Virus record (IMG/VR): IMGVR_UViG_2671180089_000001
Coordinates: 62,325-126,324 of that record
Source of the DNA: a virus
Taxonomy: Duplodnaviria > Caudoviricetes
Length of the DNA: 64,000 nt
Strand: one strand, 5' to 3'
Of this stretch, positions 9,567 to 18,959 are shown in pieces. The first letter of the stretch is position 1. Each line of letters opens with the position of its first letter. Under the pieces are notes generated by a model. That model was given only the letters and a program-made list of their open reading frames with translations, searched no databases and was not told the DNA's origin. The position numbers and the translations under genes are program-made.

Positions 9567-10400
9567 TCACGCGTAGGTGAAACCGCCGGTCTTGGTGACG
9601 TCGCCACCCGCGGAGACGACGACGACGTCCTTCGCACCGGTCGTACCGACCGGGGAGATCACGGACAGCTCGGTGTCGTTCTTGAGGATCAGACCGGTGC
9701 CGGCCGTGGTGCCGAACTTCACGGCGGTCACGCTGCCGAGGTCGGTACCGGTGATCGTCACGGCGGTGCCGCCGGCGATCGGGCCGCCCGAGGGCGAGAT
9801 GGTGGCGATCGTCGGCTCCGGAGGCTGGAACGCCGGGTCGTCGGTCAGGACGTACCAGGCATCGGTGTCGTCGCCACCCTGGACGGCCAGGCGTAGCGGC
9901 AGGACGCTCTCCTTGGTCTTGGCGAGCTCCTTGGAAACGCCTTCCATCTGCATCGTGCGAGGAATGACGTAGCGGTAGTGCTTGCCACCGTCGATCACCT
10001 CGATGCACCCGGCGATCTCCGTGCGGCCGCCGATCCGGGGCGGAGCGAATCGGTAATGCTTCCCGCCTCCTGCGGCCGGGGTAACGGCCGTGATGCTGCC
10101 GCCGCCGTACACCGCCTTGAAGTTGCGGACGGACCACTGCTGCAGGTCCACCTCGACGGTTGCCGCGTCGGTCGTCTGGAACGTCCGGGTCGGGTACGAG
10201 GACTGGGCGCTGCGGACCTGCTCGAAGTTCGGCTCGGAGTTGAATTTGAGGCTGTCCTCAGTGAACAAGCCGACCGTGTACCAGCCTTCGGGCATGGCCA
10301 CGGTGGCGTCGGCCGGGGCGACGGTCCCGACGGGAGCCAGCCACATGCGGCTGAGCTGAGGGATGAGAATCTCGTTGTTGTTCGTGGTCTCGCCAGCCAT
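9567..10400 (-). CDS. Major tail tube protein with C-terminal IPT/TIG Ig-like domain
   Basis: WLAPVGT..P...GW..VG N-terminus; SPSGGPIAGGTAVTITG...FTY TIG domain. Confidence 0.88.
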   Translation of the reverse strand: MAGETTNNNEILIPQLSRMWLAPVGTVAPADATVAMPEGWYTVGLFTEDSLKFNSEPNFEQVRSAQSSYPTRTFQTTDAATVEVDLQQWSVRNFKAVYGGGSITAVTPAAGGGKHYRFAPPRIGGRTEIAGCIEVIDGGKHYRYVIPRTMQMEGVSKELAKTKESVLPLRLAVQGGDDTDAWYVLTDDPAFQPPEPTIATISPSGGPIAGGTAVTITGTDLGSVTAVKFGTTAGTGLILKNDTELSVISPVGTTGAKDVVVVSAGGDVTKTGGFTYA

Positions 10401-10439
10401 GGCGGGCTTCTCCTTGGTGTCCGGTGGTGGGGCGCGGAC

Positions 10440-10470
10440 ACCTTGGAGAGCCGAAGTGGTTAACGTCGCG
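10440..10470 (-). promoter_or_regulatory. Late-promoter-like motif
   Basis: CGCGAC GTTAAC N13 CAAGGT. Confidence 0.75.
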
Positions 10471-10473
10471 TCG

Positions 10474-10899
10474 TCACGGATGCACGGTGACGGAGAGGTT
10501 CATGACCCACCTGGGTTGGCCATCGACGAGGGGCGACCACACGAGTAGCCCGGACGGCTTGATGCCGCTGAGGACCGGCTGGCCGGGGACGTGGGGCGCC
10601 TCCCCGAGCTGCTGGGCGGCCTGGGCGCAGCGCAGCAGGATCTTCCGCAGCTCGGCCTTGCCCGGCCATCCGCCGGGGTCGCCGTACGCCTCGAGCGTCA
10701 CCTCCGGGGAGATCGCCCAGTTCATGTCCCGCAGGTCCCCGCCGGGGCCGTGGTCGATGCGCAGGTGCGGCCAGGGAGCCTCTGCGATCCCGGATACCCG
10801 GCCGGGGCCGCCGAGCGCGTCGGCGACCTCCGGGTGTTCCAGCAGCCAGACACGGAGCGCGGAGACCGGATCCGCGTCCGCCACGGTGGGCTCGCTCAT
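10474..10899 (-). CDS. Tail terminator / tail completion protein
   Basis: Size and position directly before the major tail gene. Confidence 0.65.
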   Translation of the reverse strand: MSEPTVADADPVSALRVWLLEHPEVADALGGPGRVSGIAEAPWPHLRIDHGPGGDLRDMNWAISPEVTLEAYGDPGGWPGKAELRKILLRCAQAAQQLGEAPHVPGQPVLSGIKPSGLLVWSPLVDGQPRWVMNLSVTVHP

Positions 10900-11180
10900 C
10901 AGGCCGGGGTGGCGTAGCCCTGGCCACGCAGCCGGCGGGCGTAGTCCGGGGAGACGAGGAGCTTGGCGCCCGGCGGGTAGTTCGTGCCGTCGATGGTGTG
11001 GTGGTGGGCCAAGATGACCGCGACCGGGTCGACTCCCACGGGCAGGGCGGGGCCGACGACGTCCGGGGCGGGAGCCGTCTTACGGGCGGGGCGGGCCGGG
11101 GCGGTCTCGGTGACGGCCTCGGCGGTTTCCTCCGCCGCGGTGTCTGCGGCGGGCTTCTTGGTGGTGGGGTTCGTAGCCAT
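10899..11180 (-). CDS. Small virion-associated hypothetical protein
   Basis: Start MATNPTTKK lies 7 nt after a promoter motif; Ala/Thr-rich N-terminus, YPPGAKLLV motif. Confidence 0.6.
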   Translation of the reverse strand: MATNPTTKKPAADTAAEETAEAVTETAPARPARKTAPAPDVVGPALPVGVDPVAVILAHHHTIDGTNYPPGAKLLVSPDYARRLRGQGYATPA

Positions 11181-11187
11181 GCCGCGC

Positions 11188-11218
11188 ACTGTGCGCGCCG
11201 AACGCGGCTTGTGTCGCG
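11188..11218 (-). promoter_or_regulatory. Late-promoter-like motif
   Basis: CGCGAC ACAAGC N13 CACAGT, 7 nt before ATG. Confidence 0.75.
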
Positions 11219-11221
11219 CCG

Positions 11222-11758
11222 TCAGCGCCGCGCGGCGACGATACCGGCCGCGCGGGACATGAAGTGTGTGCCGTCGGCCCGCAGATTGCCCGGGTAGACG
11301 GTGCCCACCTCGGCCTCGACGACCATGGGTGCCTGGACGGAGACGGTGACGGTGACCCGCTTCCCGGCGATGACCGGCTGTCCGGTGTTGATGTGTCGGG
11401 CGATGCCTTCCGGGTCCTTGTGCGCGCGGCAGCGGCAGTTCTTGAGGTTGGCGATGGCGCGGGAGCTCCTGTCGAGCGGCTCGAGCATGTACGTCGTGGG
11501 GCCGACGCCGCGGTGCACCATGTCCCAGCGCATGGAGTCGATCGCGAACCGCAGGTTCCCGGGGACCTCTTGCCCGTTGGCGGAGACGTGCGTCGGGCGG
11601 ACCTTGTCGTCGCCCATGGTTATCCAGCGCTTGGTGGGCGGGGCCAGGCGCTTCGCCTCGATCTCGACCTGGTGGGCGATGCGCTGTACCGCGGGGGCGA
11701 GCATCCGGGCGAGCTGCTGCTCGAGGCCCTGCGCGGGTGTGAACTTCGCTCCGGCCAT
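11222..11758 (-). CDS. Neck (HK97 gp10-like) protein with inserted MuF-like segment
   Basis: AKRLAP...VEAEVGT...FMSRA frame interrupted by RWITMGDDKVRPTH...NCRC. Confidence 0.6.
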   Translation of the reverse strand: MAGAKFTPAQGLEQQLARMLAPAVQRIAHQVEIEAKRLAPPTKRWITMGDDKVRPTHVSANGQEVPGNLRFAIDSMRWDMVHRGVGPTTYMLEPLDRSSRAIANLKNCRCRAHKDPEGIARHINTGQPVIAGKRVTVTVSVQAPMVVEAEVGTVYPGNLRADGTHFMSRAAGIVAARR

Positions 11759-12090
11759 CACGCCACCTCGGGCGGGTTGAGCGTGCCGACGGCCTGAACG
11801 TAGTCGACATCCGGGCAGCCGGGGACGGTGTGGTTGCGGGTGCTCGACAGGGTCCAGGACCGGCCGGTCTCATCGGAGATGGTGTCGCCGTCCTTGACCG
11901 GCCAGGCCTGCGGGTCGAGCCGTACCGACCACGATCCGTCGGGCTGCTCGAGGACCGATCCGGGCCAGGTGCCGCGCGGGGCCGGCTTCTGGTTCGGGTT
12001 CGGTGGGACGGGAACGCCGTTGGCGTCGCGCGCCCAGGGGTGGGCGAGCGCGTACGCCGTGAGCAGCGCGTTCGGCAGCACGACGGCCAT
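11758..12090 (-). CDS. Head closure / head-tail joining protein
   Basis: 110 aa, position in neck cluster, TGATG coupling. Confidence 0.6.
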   Translation of the reverse strand: MAVVLPNALLTAYALAHPWARDANGVPVPPNPNQKPAPRGTWPGSVLEQPDGSWSVRLDPQAWPVKDGDTISDETGRSWTLSSTRNHTVPGCPDVDYVQAVGTLNPPEVA

Positions 12091-12108
12091 GGTCGGCAGC
12101 TCCCTTCG

Positions 12109-12960
12109 TCAGCGGCCGCGGGCCGAGGAGTACGGCCACGGTGGGCGGGCGGGCCGGGCGAGGGGTTGGAACAGGCGGCGCTTCCAGCGGGCGAGGCTGG
12201 TGAGCTCGGGGAGGGCTCCGGCCTGGCCGGTGGTCGGCGCCGACTCGTAAGAGATCGACTGTCCCTCTGCGCTGACGGAGGAGACGCGGCGCCCCTGGGA
12301 GCCGACCCCGCCGGGGCGTAGCCGTTCGGACTCGGCGGCGTGTGTGGTCACGTACCGGACGATCGGGTCGACGGCGGCGCCGTCGAGGCCGACGAGGAAG
12401 TCGACGTCGTAGGCGCCATCTGTGCGGACGCGGTAGGTGGAGACCTGGACCAGGTCGTCGACGTCGAACGGCCACAGGGTGGCGTCCTCGAGCCGGTCGG
12501 TCCCGCCGACGTACGGCGTCAGGGCGGTACGGGTGACGAGCTGGGGGACGACGGGCTGGCCCAGGTACCCGACGACGTCGGCCTGCGCCTTCCGGATCGC
12601 GGTGAGCAGGTCGTCGCGCTGCTCCGCGGTGAGCGGGAGCGGCACGCCGAGTTCCTTGGCGACCGCTTCGGGGGAGGTGACGAGGCCCAGCCCGAGGGGC
12701 AGGTCCAGGCGTACGGACTCGTCCTTGACGGGCTGGGCCCCCTCGCTGGGGGTGAAGGAGACGGTGGCCCAGTAGCGGCCGGGAGGCACGTCGGGCAGCG
12801 TGAACCGGTAGACGCCGGCGCGCAGCCGGGTAGCCGGACCGGCGGCCGCCACGCTGGTGGTGCGGTCCGGACCGTCGTACAGGGACACGCTGGTGACCTG
12901 TCCGCCTGCCGGTTCGGGGTCGTAGTGCGCCCCGCCGTACATGGGCCTGTAGTCGAACAC
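12109..12960 (-). CDS. Head-tail adaptor protein
   Basis: AIRKAQADVVGYLG and VSSVSAEGQSISY motifs; GTG start with GGAG RBS. Confidence 0.65.
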   Translation of the reverse strand: MFDYRPMYGGAHYDPEPAGGQVTSVSLYDGPDRTTSVAAAGPATRLRAGVYRFTLPDVPPGRYWATVSFTPSEGAQPVKDESVRLDLPLGLGLVTSPEAVAKELGVPLPLTAEQRDDLLTAIRKAQADVVGYLGQPVVPQLVTRTALTPYVGGTDRLEDATLWPFDVDDLVQVSTYRVRTDGAYDVDFLVGLDGAAVDPIVRYVTTHAAESERLRPGGVGSQGRRVSSVSAEGQSISYESAPTTGQAGALPELTSLARWKRRLFQPLARPARPPWPYSSARGR

Positions 12961-12971
12961 CCCGCGGCTCC

Positions 12972-13520
12972 TTACTTCTCGGCCTGGGCGGCGAGCCGTG
13001 CGGCCTGGTCCTGCAGTCGCTCCCTGATGCGCGCGGCGACGCTCTCGGAGACGTGAGCACCCGCGGGCTGCAGGAGGCGGTGGACGGGGTTGCGGTGCGG
13101 CCCGAGGAACGTCTTCTCGACCAGGCGGACGGTGCACACGAGGACGGAGCCGTACTCGGTGAGCGGGACGAACACGGAGTCGACGTCGGCCGGCGGCTCC
13201 TTGGTGGTGTCGTCGATGATGACCTCGGCGAGGTTCTCCTCGTCGGGGATGACCTCGGTGGGCGTGGCGTAGACAGGGGCCGCGGGCGCCTCCGGGGCCT
13301 CTTGGACGGCCGGGGGCTCGAGCGGCGCGGCTTCGGGTGCCTTCGCGGCACTGTCGGCCGGGGCCGTCTCCGACTCCTCGACGGTCGCCGCGGTGGCGGC
13401 CTCAGTAGCGGATTCGTCCGCCGCCGCGGTGCTGGCCGACTCCGCGGCCTCGGTGGTCGCGTCGGAGGCCTCTGCGGTCTTCGCGGCCGCGGTCTTACGG
13501 GTACGGGTGGTGCCTGCCAT
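12972..13520 (-). CDS. Hypothetical structural-region protein (Ala/Glu-rich N-terminus)
   Basis: GGGAG RBS before MAGTTRTRK; has own promoter motif. Confidence 0.6.
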   Translation of the reverse strand: MAGTTRTRKTAAAKTAEASDATTEAAESASTAAADESATEAATAATVEESETAPADSAAKAPEAAPLEPPAVQEAPEAPAAPVYATPTEVIPDEENLAEVIIDDTTKEPPADVDSVFVPLTEYGSVLVCTVRLVEKTFLGPHRNPVHRLLQPAGAHVSESVAARIRERLQDQAARLAAQAEK

Positions 13521-13560
13521 GGGTGGCTCCCTCTCGGGGGTTCGTGTCCGGACGGCGCGC

Positions 13561-13591
13561 ACCATGCACACCCGGCGCCGCTTGTGTCGCG
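13561..13591 (-). promoter_or_regulatory. Late-promoter-like motif
   Basis: CGCGAC ACAAGC N13 CATGGT. Confidence 0.75.
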
Positions 13592-13662
13592 CCCTGCCTC
13601 GACCTGGCGGAGCGTGACCCGGGCGGCCCTCAAGCGGTGCGGAGGGACGCCCGGGTCAGGGG

Positions 13663-14124
13663 TCAGGCGTAGGTGAAGCCGTTGGACTTGGTGACGTTGC
13701 CGGTGTCGGCCGCGACGACCACGTTGACGGCCCCCGCGGCGCCCGCCGGGGCCTTCACGCGCAGCTCCGTGTCGGAGACGCGCTTGAGCTCGGTGCCCGG
13801 GGTGGCGCCGAAGTTGACCGCGGTGACGCCGGCGAGGCGAGTGCCCTTGATCGTGACGGTGGTCCCGCCCGCGGCCGGGCCGGTGGTCGGGCTCACGGTC
13901 GCTACGGTCGCTACCGGGGCGTAAAGGCGGTCGATCTCGGACTGGGGGACGATGGTTCCGGCCTGGTAGAGCAGGTGGAACCGAGAGCCTTCGGCGCGCC
14001 CGTCGCCGGGCCCGTACGCCTTGGACTCGTACACGTCCTCGGTGATCCGCATGGGGACGTCCGGGACGGCGGACGCGGGGAACGCCGACTTCTTGATCAG
14101 CGTCCCGTCTTCCTTGTGCAGCAT
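13663..14124 (-). CDS. IPT/TIG Ig-domain protein, probable capsid decoration
   Basis: C-terminal TIG domain paralogous to that of the major tail protein. Confidence 0.7.
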   Translation of the reverse strand: MLHKEDGTLIKKSAFPASAVPDVPMRITEDVYESKAYGPGDGRAEGSRFHLLYQAGTIVPQSEIDRLYAPVATVATVSPTTGPAAGGTTVTIKGTRLAGVTAVNFGATPGTELKRVSDTELRVKAPAGAAGAVNVVVAADTGNVTKSNGFTYA

Positions 14125-14159
14125 GGGGTTGTTCCCTTCTGGGGTCGGTGGCGCGGCGA

Positions 14160-14190
14160 AGGATGGGGCACGGGGGCGCCTTGGGTCGCG
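14160..14190 (-). promoter_or_regulatory. Late-promoter-like motif
   Basis: CGCGAC CCAAGG N13 CATCCT. Confidence 0.7.
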
Positions 14191-14212
14191 TGCTACCGGG
14201 GGAAGAGGGGAG

Positions 14213-14239
14213 TTGCCCAATTGGGCAAGAATGATCTTG
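14213..14239. repeat. 27-bp element containing palindrome TTGCCCAATTGGGCAA, copy 1
   Basis: Exact inverted copy of 21879-21905. Confidence 0.9.
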
Positions 14240-14267
14240 ATGGGGCGGGACTTCCCATGTGGATCAC

Positions 14268-15734
14268 CTAGTCGCGTCGTATCCGCTGCTCGCACAGCTC
14301 CGCGTACTCGGCCTTGGCCTCCACGCCGATGGATTCGCAGCCCTCAAGCCGCGCCGCCTCCAGCGTCGTGCCGGTGCCGGCGAACGGGTCCAGGACGAGC
14401 CCGCCGGGCGCGGTGAGCAGCCGGACCAGCCACCGCATCAGCGCGATCGGCTTCACCGTCGGGTGCGTGGTGCCGTCCGGCAGACGCGGCCGCTCGCTGG
14501 CCGGGGCCTTGGCCTGGTAGCGGAACGCCGGGTAGAACCGGGACGCGCCGCCGGAGTCCGCGCCCCGGACCGGCTTGCACGCAGCCTGACCCTTGAAGTC
14601 GCCGTAGACGTTGCGGAACTTGTCGGCGTTGCGGCGCCGCGGGTTCGCCCCGGAGGTGAGCCGCCCCGACTGACCGTCCAGCTCGGCGACCGGGCATCCC
14701 TCCGCGCAGCCGTCCGCGCAGCCGTCGACGATCCATCCTGCCTCGTCGACGGCCCATGCGTGGGACAGCAGGACGTTGGTCGGCCAACGCCCCTCCGGGT
14801 CGCCGAGCGGGGTCTTGCACGCGGCGGTGTTCATCGCACCGGTGCCGTACGCCAGGACGTTGGAGGCGACCGTACCTTCGAGGGGCTTCCGCGCCAGGAC
14901 GATGGGCTCGTGGCCGGGCTTGAGGGCGGTGTTCCAGCCCTCCCAGCGCGCGGCCTCGGCGGTCGCCGGCGTCGTCACGTCGAACGTGTCGGACTGGAGC
15001 TGTGGGAACACCCCGGAGCCGGCGCGGGTCCGGCGCGCCGTGCCGATGACCTTCCGCTCCTCCCACGCCTCGCCGGGCGCGTTTTTCCGCCCGTTCAGCT
15101 CGTGCACCAGGTCATCGAGCGCGGCCGGGGCCTCGAACCCCATCTCCGCCTTCAGCTGCTCCCACTGCTCCACGGTCGGCACCGCGGCGGACTGGCGCTG
15201 TGTCGTCCAGTGCTGCGCCATGCCGTTGAAGCCGAACAGGGCGTCGATCTGCGGATTCGTCCAGCCAACGGAGTCACGGAGCGCCGCGAACTCGGTGGTG
15301 AACCGGCGGCGCGCCGGGTGATCGTCGCGGCGTCGGTCGATCAGCTTTCCCACGTCCTGGCCCTTGGGGAAACCGGTGCCGTACATCCAGTGCAGGGAGT
15401 CACGGATCTCGAATCCGGCGTCCTCCACGGCCACGGCCATGCGGTGGTAGGTGCGGGTCGCGCCGAACGCAGCCAGGTGCCCGCCCGGCTTGAGGACGCG
15501 CAGGCACTCCGCCCACAACTCCACGCTGTACGCGATGCCGGAGGAGTCCCACGCCTTACCGAGGAAGCCCAGTTCGTACGGCGGATCGGTCACGATGACA
15601 TCCACGGACGAGTCAGGGAGGGTGGGGAGAAAATCGAGGGCATCGGCGCAGTAGACAACGGGCTCAGGGCCCGTCGTCTCCTCCGCACGGATCGGGGCCT
15701 CTCGCCCAGCCGGAGCGAGCTTTGTTGCAACCAC
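14268..15734 (-). CDS. Site-specific DNA methyltransferase (N4-C/N6-A, beta class)
   Basis: TDPPY motif IV before HPTVKP...VLDPFAGTGTT motif I; start approximate. Confidence 0.9.
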   Translation of the reverse strand: MVATKLAPAGREAPIRAEETTGPEPVVYCADALDFLPTLPDSSVDVIVTDPPYELGFLGKAWDSSGIAYSVELWAECLRVLKPGGHLAAFGATRTYHRMAVAVEDAGFEIRDSLHWMYGTGFPKGQDVGKLIDRRRDDHPARRRFTTEFAALRDSVGWTNPQIDALFGFNGMAQHWTTQRQSAAVPTVEQWEQLKAEMGFEAPAALDDLVHELNGRKNAPGEAWEERKVIGTARRTRAGSGVFPQLQSDTFDVTTPATAEAARWEGWNTALKPGHEPIVLARKPLEGTVASNVLAYGTGAMNTAACKTPLGDPEGRWPTNVLLSHAWAVDEAGWIVDGCADGCAEGCPVAELDGQSGRLTSGANPRRRNADKFRNVYGDFKGQAACKPVRGADSGGASRFYPAFRYQAKAPASERPRLPDGTTHPTVKPIALMRWLVRLLTAPGGLVLDPFAGTGTTLEAARLEGCESIGVEAKAEYAELCEQRIRRD

Positions 15735-15806
15735 GGGTACGTCCGTTCTGCCCCACGCGCCGGGCCCCCGGCTGGCGGCCTGCTGAAGACGGTGAGGCGT
15801 GCGGGG

Positions 15807-15837
15807 ATGTTGTGAAACTAGTTCCGCTTGCGTCGCG
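15807..15837 (-). promoter_or_regulatory. Late-promoter-like motif
   Basis: CGCGAC GCAAGC N13 CAACAT. Confidence 0.75.
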
Positions 15838-15838
15838 C

Positions 15839-17083
15839 TCAGAGGATCCGCAGGTCGTCCCAGCCGTCCGGGCCGACGCTGAACACCATCAGGCCCGAGG
15901 AGGAGACCTCGCCGGAGCGGACGGCGTACCAGTCGCTGCCGTTGTCCAGGGTCGGGGCCTGGACCCAGAGCCTGCCGTTGCCCATCTGCTGCGCTCGGAA
16001 GTGGTGAAAGTGGCCTGTGATGAGAATGTCGGCGTCGGCCACGGGCTGCCGGCCGAACGTCTGCCCTCGCCACCAGTCGCCGGCCTTGTCGGGGCGTGCG
16101 TACTGGTGCCCATGGGCCAGGCCCACGATCTTCCCGGCGACGTCGAGCGACACGGTGTCTCGCCACCGCTCCGGCATGACGAAACTGACGTGTCCGTACG
16201 CGTCCTCGTTGCGGGCGTAGGCGTCGGCGATCTGGGACATGACCTCAATGCCCCAGTCGTCGACGGGCGGCCCGACGGCGTCCTTCCCGCGGCGTACGCG
16301 GCCGTGGTTGCTGCCGCAGGTCGCTGCGACGACGCGGCCGAACTTCCCGGCGAGGCGGTCGAGGCCCTCGAAGGTGATGCGCCGGTGGACGCGGACCATC
16401 TCGGTCAGGGTCAGGTCGTTGGTGAACGCCTGCTGCGTCGTGTTCTCGAAGCCCTCGACGCAGTCTCCGGCGTCGGCCCAGTAGGCGACGGACGGAGCCC
16501 TGCCGACGGCCTTGAGGTCGCGGATGTGGTCGTCGAGCCGGTCGAATCGGTCGGCGACCCGGGCGATGAGCTCAGGGGTGCCGCCGTCGCGGCCCACCTT
16601 TCCGGCCTGGGCGTCGGCATAGACCACGATCAGGGCGCGCTCCGCGGTGTCCACGGCTGCGCGGGGCTTGCGACGGCGGCGCATCGTGTCGCGGACGAGC
16701 GCGTCAAGGTCGCCCGCCGACTGCCACGCGGGGGCAGCCGGCTCGATGACGTACCGGCAGCGCCATACCGCGCGGGTGACGGCGTCGTCGCCCTGGTTGT
16801 CGCGGTGCCAGGCAGCCGGGTCGTGCTTCGCCTCGACCAGGCGGACGCGGAAGCCCTCGGGGATGGCGAGCCCCATCTCCTCGACGCGCTCGCGCCAGTC
16901 GGCCTCTCCCGCGGGCGGCTTGTCGGCGGGCGGGGCGGTGACGACCATCGTCCCGCCCTCGTAGCGGACGCCGGACTCCCAGCCGCGGGGCGCGGCCGGG
17001 TAGACGCGCTCCGTCTGGGGGGCCTGACTCTGGCCGTGGGGCACAGGCTCGAGGAGCGCCTGCAGCTCGTTGTTCAGGGTCAT
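15839..17083 (-). CDS. Metallophosphoesterase (calcineurin-like / Mre11-SbcD-like)
   Basis: ADAQ, AGD, SNH, HGH and GHFHH motifs. Confidence 0.82.
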   Translation of the reverse strand: MTLNNELQALLEPVPHGQSQAPQTERVYPAAPRGWESGVRYEGGTMVVTAPPADKPPAGEADWRERVEEMGLAIPEGFRVRLVEAKHDPAAWHRDNQGDDAVTRAVWRCRYVIEPAAPAWQSAGDLDALVRDTMRRRRKPRAAVDTAERALIVVYADAQAGKVGRDGGTPELIARVADRFDRLDDHIRDLKAVGRAPSVAYWADAGDCVEGFENTTQQAFTNDLTLTEMVRVHRRITFEGLDRLAGKFGRVVAATCGSNHGRVRRGKDAVGPPVDDWGIEVMSQIADAYARNEDAYGHVSFVMPERWRDTVSLDVAGKIVGLAHGHQYARPDKAGDWWRGQTFGRQPVADADILITGHFHHFRAQQMGNGRLWVQAPTLDNGSDWYAVRSGEVSSSGLMVFSVGPDGWDDLRIL

Positions 17084-17355
17084 CACTCGCACCGGCATCC
17101 GTTCGGCTTCCCGCGGCGCCTGTGCCGGTTGACCGTGTAGGCCGTCACGGGGTCGCCGTAGCGGCTGAGCGTCTCGGCGATGGCCGTGGCGGAGACGCTG
17201 GTCGTGTCCAGCACTGCGCGCAGCGATGCGGCAACGTCGGCGTCTGCTGCTTCCAGGAGGGCACCGACGCTGCAGCGGGGGCCCCGGTGAGCGGCGGGGG
17301 CGCCCGTGAGGGCCTCCAGCTCCTGGGCGAGGCCAATGGGTTGTTTCTCGATCAC
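17083..17355 (-). CDS. Small HTH/Zn-like protein coupled to the phosphoesterase
   Basis: RCSVG...HRRR..CRC; TGATG overlap with next gene. Confidence 0.6.
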   Translation of the reverse strand: MIEKQPIGLAQELEALTGAPAAHRGPRCSVGALLEAADADVAASLRAVLDTTSVSATAIAETLSRYGDPVTAYTVNRHRRRGKPNGCRCE

Positions 17356-17388
17356 CAGCGTCCTCCGTCGTCCTGTGGTGGTACGTGG

Positions 17389-17420
17389 GAGGGGGCGCAC
17401 CCGTGCGGGTGCACCCCCTC
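17389..17420 (-). terminator. Stem-loop after major capsid gene
   Basis: GAGGGGG.GCACCCG-tg-CGGGTGC.CCCCCTC. Confidence 0.6.
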
Positions 17421-17433
17421 ACTGCGGCACGGA

Positions 17434-18735
17434 TCAGCCGGCCGGCTGGGTCCAGGTGCCGATGACGAAGGACTCCGGCCGCGGGACCTCGAGCGCCAGG
17501 CGCTCGTCGGCGCGGAAGGTGATCAGGCCCTTCTCGTAGTTCTCCGCGTTCTCCGAGGAGACGGTGACGGAGACGTTCTCGCGGTCGTGGAGCTGCGCGC
17601 CGAGACCGAACGCACCGATGAGGAAGTCGGTGTCAGCCATCGCGGTCGTCTCAACGACGTTGAGGCGCCACACCTTCTTCTCGGCGCCGATGGCGACGGC
17701 GATGGCGACGCGGAAGGCGCCGTTCTTGTCCTCCTCGACCTCGACGTGCTCCCACATCGTGGGCGACAGGACGATGCCGGTCGGGTCGTACTCGGCGAGC
17801 AGGGCCTTCGTGATGCTGCGCCGGATCTGGACGCTGTACTGGTCGGTCGCGATACCGGTGTACTGCTGAACGCCCGGGGTGTTGTAGATGCCGGTGAGGG
17901 ACTGGCCGTCGCCGACGGAGTGCAGGAGGTCCCAGTCCTCGGCGTACTTGACGCCCTCCACCATGCGGGTGTTGATGAAGGTCTTGAGGCGGGGCTCGTC
18001 GGACAGGATGTTCTTGTGCGCGTCGAGCAGGTGGGCGACCTCGGCGACCGGGTACATCACGGGCGTGAGCGTGAGCTTCGACCGCGGGGCGCGGCCCCAG
18101 GTGTCGGTGTCGGCGCCGGTGGCCGGCGACGTGCCGTCCGCGGCGTACCGCTCCTTGACCTGGCGGGCGTTGTTCGTCCAGCCGGTCTCTCGCGCGCCGT
18201 AGAGCACGGCGTTCTTGGTGGTCGACTTCGGGAACAGGTCGCGGATGTGGAACTTCCGGAACGGGCGCTCCGTGATGCCCAGGTTCTGCGCGGAGCCCAG
18301 GGTCTGGTGGGTCACGGTGCCCGCGGACAGGGAGAAGATGGACTTCCCCTCGATGTCGGCGCGGATGTACGGCTTGTCACGGAAGTGCTGGGCGGTGGCG
18401 CTCTGGAAGGAGCCGGACTCGACGAAGAGGTCGCCGAGGGATTTCTCCTCGACGCCCATGGGGCGCTGGCCGTAGTGGCTGGCCGCGGCCGGCGCGGACT
18501 CCGGGGCCTCGAGGTACTGCTTGATCTCGGTCAGGCCCTGCTCGGCGTCGATGAGGGCCTTGATCTCCTGAGCCTCGCCGGAGACCTTCCGGAACTCCCG
18601 GGCCTGCTCGGTGGAGACGACGAACTGGCCGCCGTCCTCGACCTTGAAGGTCTGGCTGATCCGCTCGGCTTCGGCGGACTTGACCTGGAGCGCCTTCTGC
18701 AGCTCCTCGATACGGCTGGTGGTGGCGGTAGGCAT
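17434..18735 (-). CDS. Major capsid protein (HK97 fold)
   Basis: Coiled-coil delta domain, GDG..LTGI, FRADERLALEVPRPESF C-terminus. Confidence 0.95.
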   Translation of the reverse strand: MPTATTSRIEELQKALQVKSAEAERISQTFKVEDGGQFVVSTEQAREFRKVSGEAQEIKALIDAEQGLTEIKQYLEAPESAPAAASHYGQRPMGVEEKSLGDLFVESGSFQSATAQHFRDKPYIRADIEGKSIFSLSAGTVTHQTLGSAQNLGITERPFRKFHIRDLFPKSTTKNAVLYGARETGWTNNARQVKERYAADGTSPATGADTDTWGRAPRSKLTLTPVMYPVAEVAHLLDAHKNILSDEPRLKTFINTRMVEGVKYAEDWDLLHSVGDGQSLTGIYNTPGVQQYTGIATDQYSVQIRRSITKALLAEYDPTGIVLSPTMWEHVEVEEDKNGAFRVAIAVAIGAEKKVWRLNVVETTAMADTDFLIGAFGLGAQLHDRENVSVTVSSENAENYEKGLITFRADERLALEVPRPESFVIGTWTQPAG

Positions 18736-18817
18736 TTGGGGTGCTCTCCCTGTGCTGGGTGCGGTTGACGTGCGTCGCTCGCCCGGCCAGCACCGGGACG
18801 CCTCAACGCGAGGCGTG

Positions 18818-18848
18818 ATGAAAGAGAAGGAGAGGGGTTAACGTCGCG
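18818..18848 (-). promoter_or_regulatory. Late-promoter-like motif
   Basis: CGCGAC GTTAAC N13 TTTCAT upstream of capsid gene. Confidence 0.7.
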
Positions 18849-18959
18849 TGCTGCCCGCTTGGGACGTCAAGAGCGGGCAGCACACGGGGTTTGACCTGCT
18901 GCTTTGTTCTCGGAGGTGTGTAGGGCCCGCAGGGAGAGGTGCGGGGTCGGGGATGTAAC

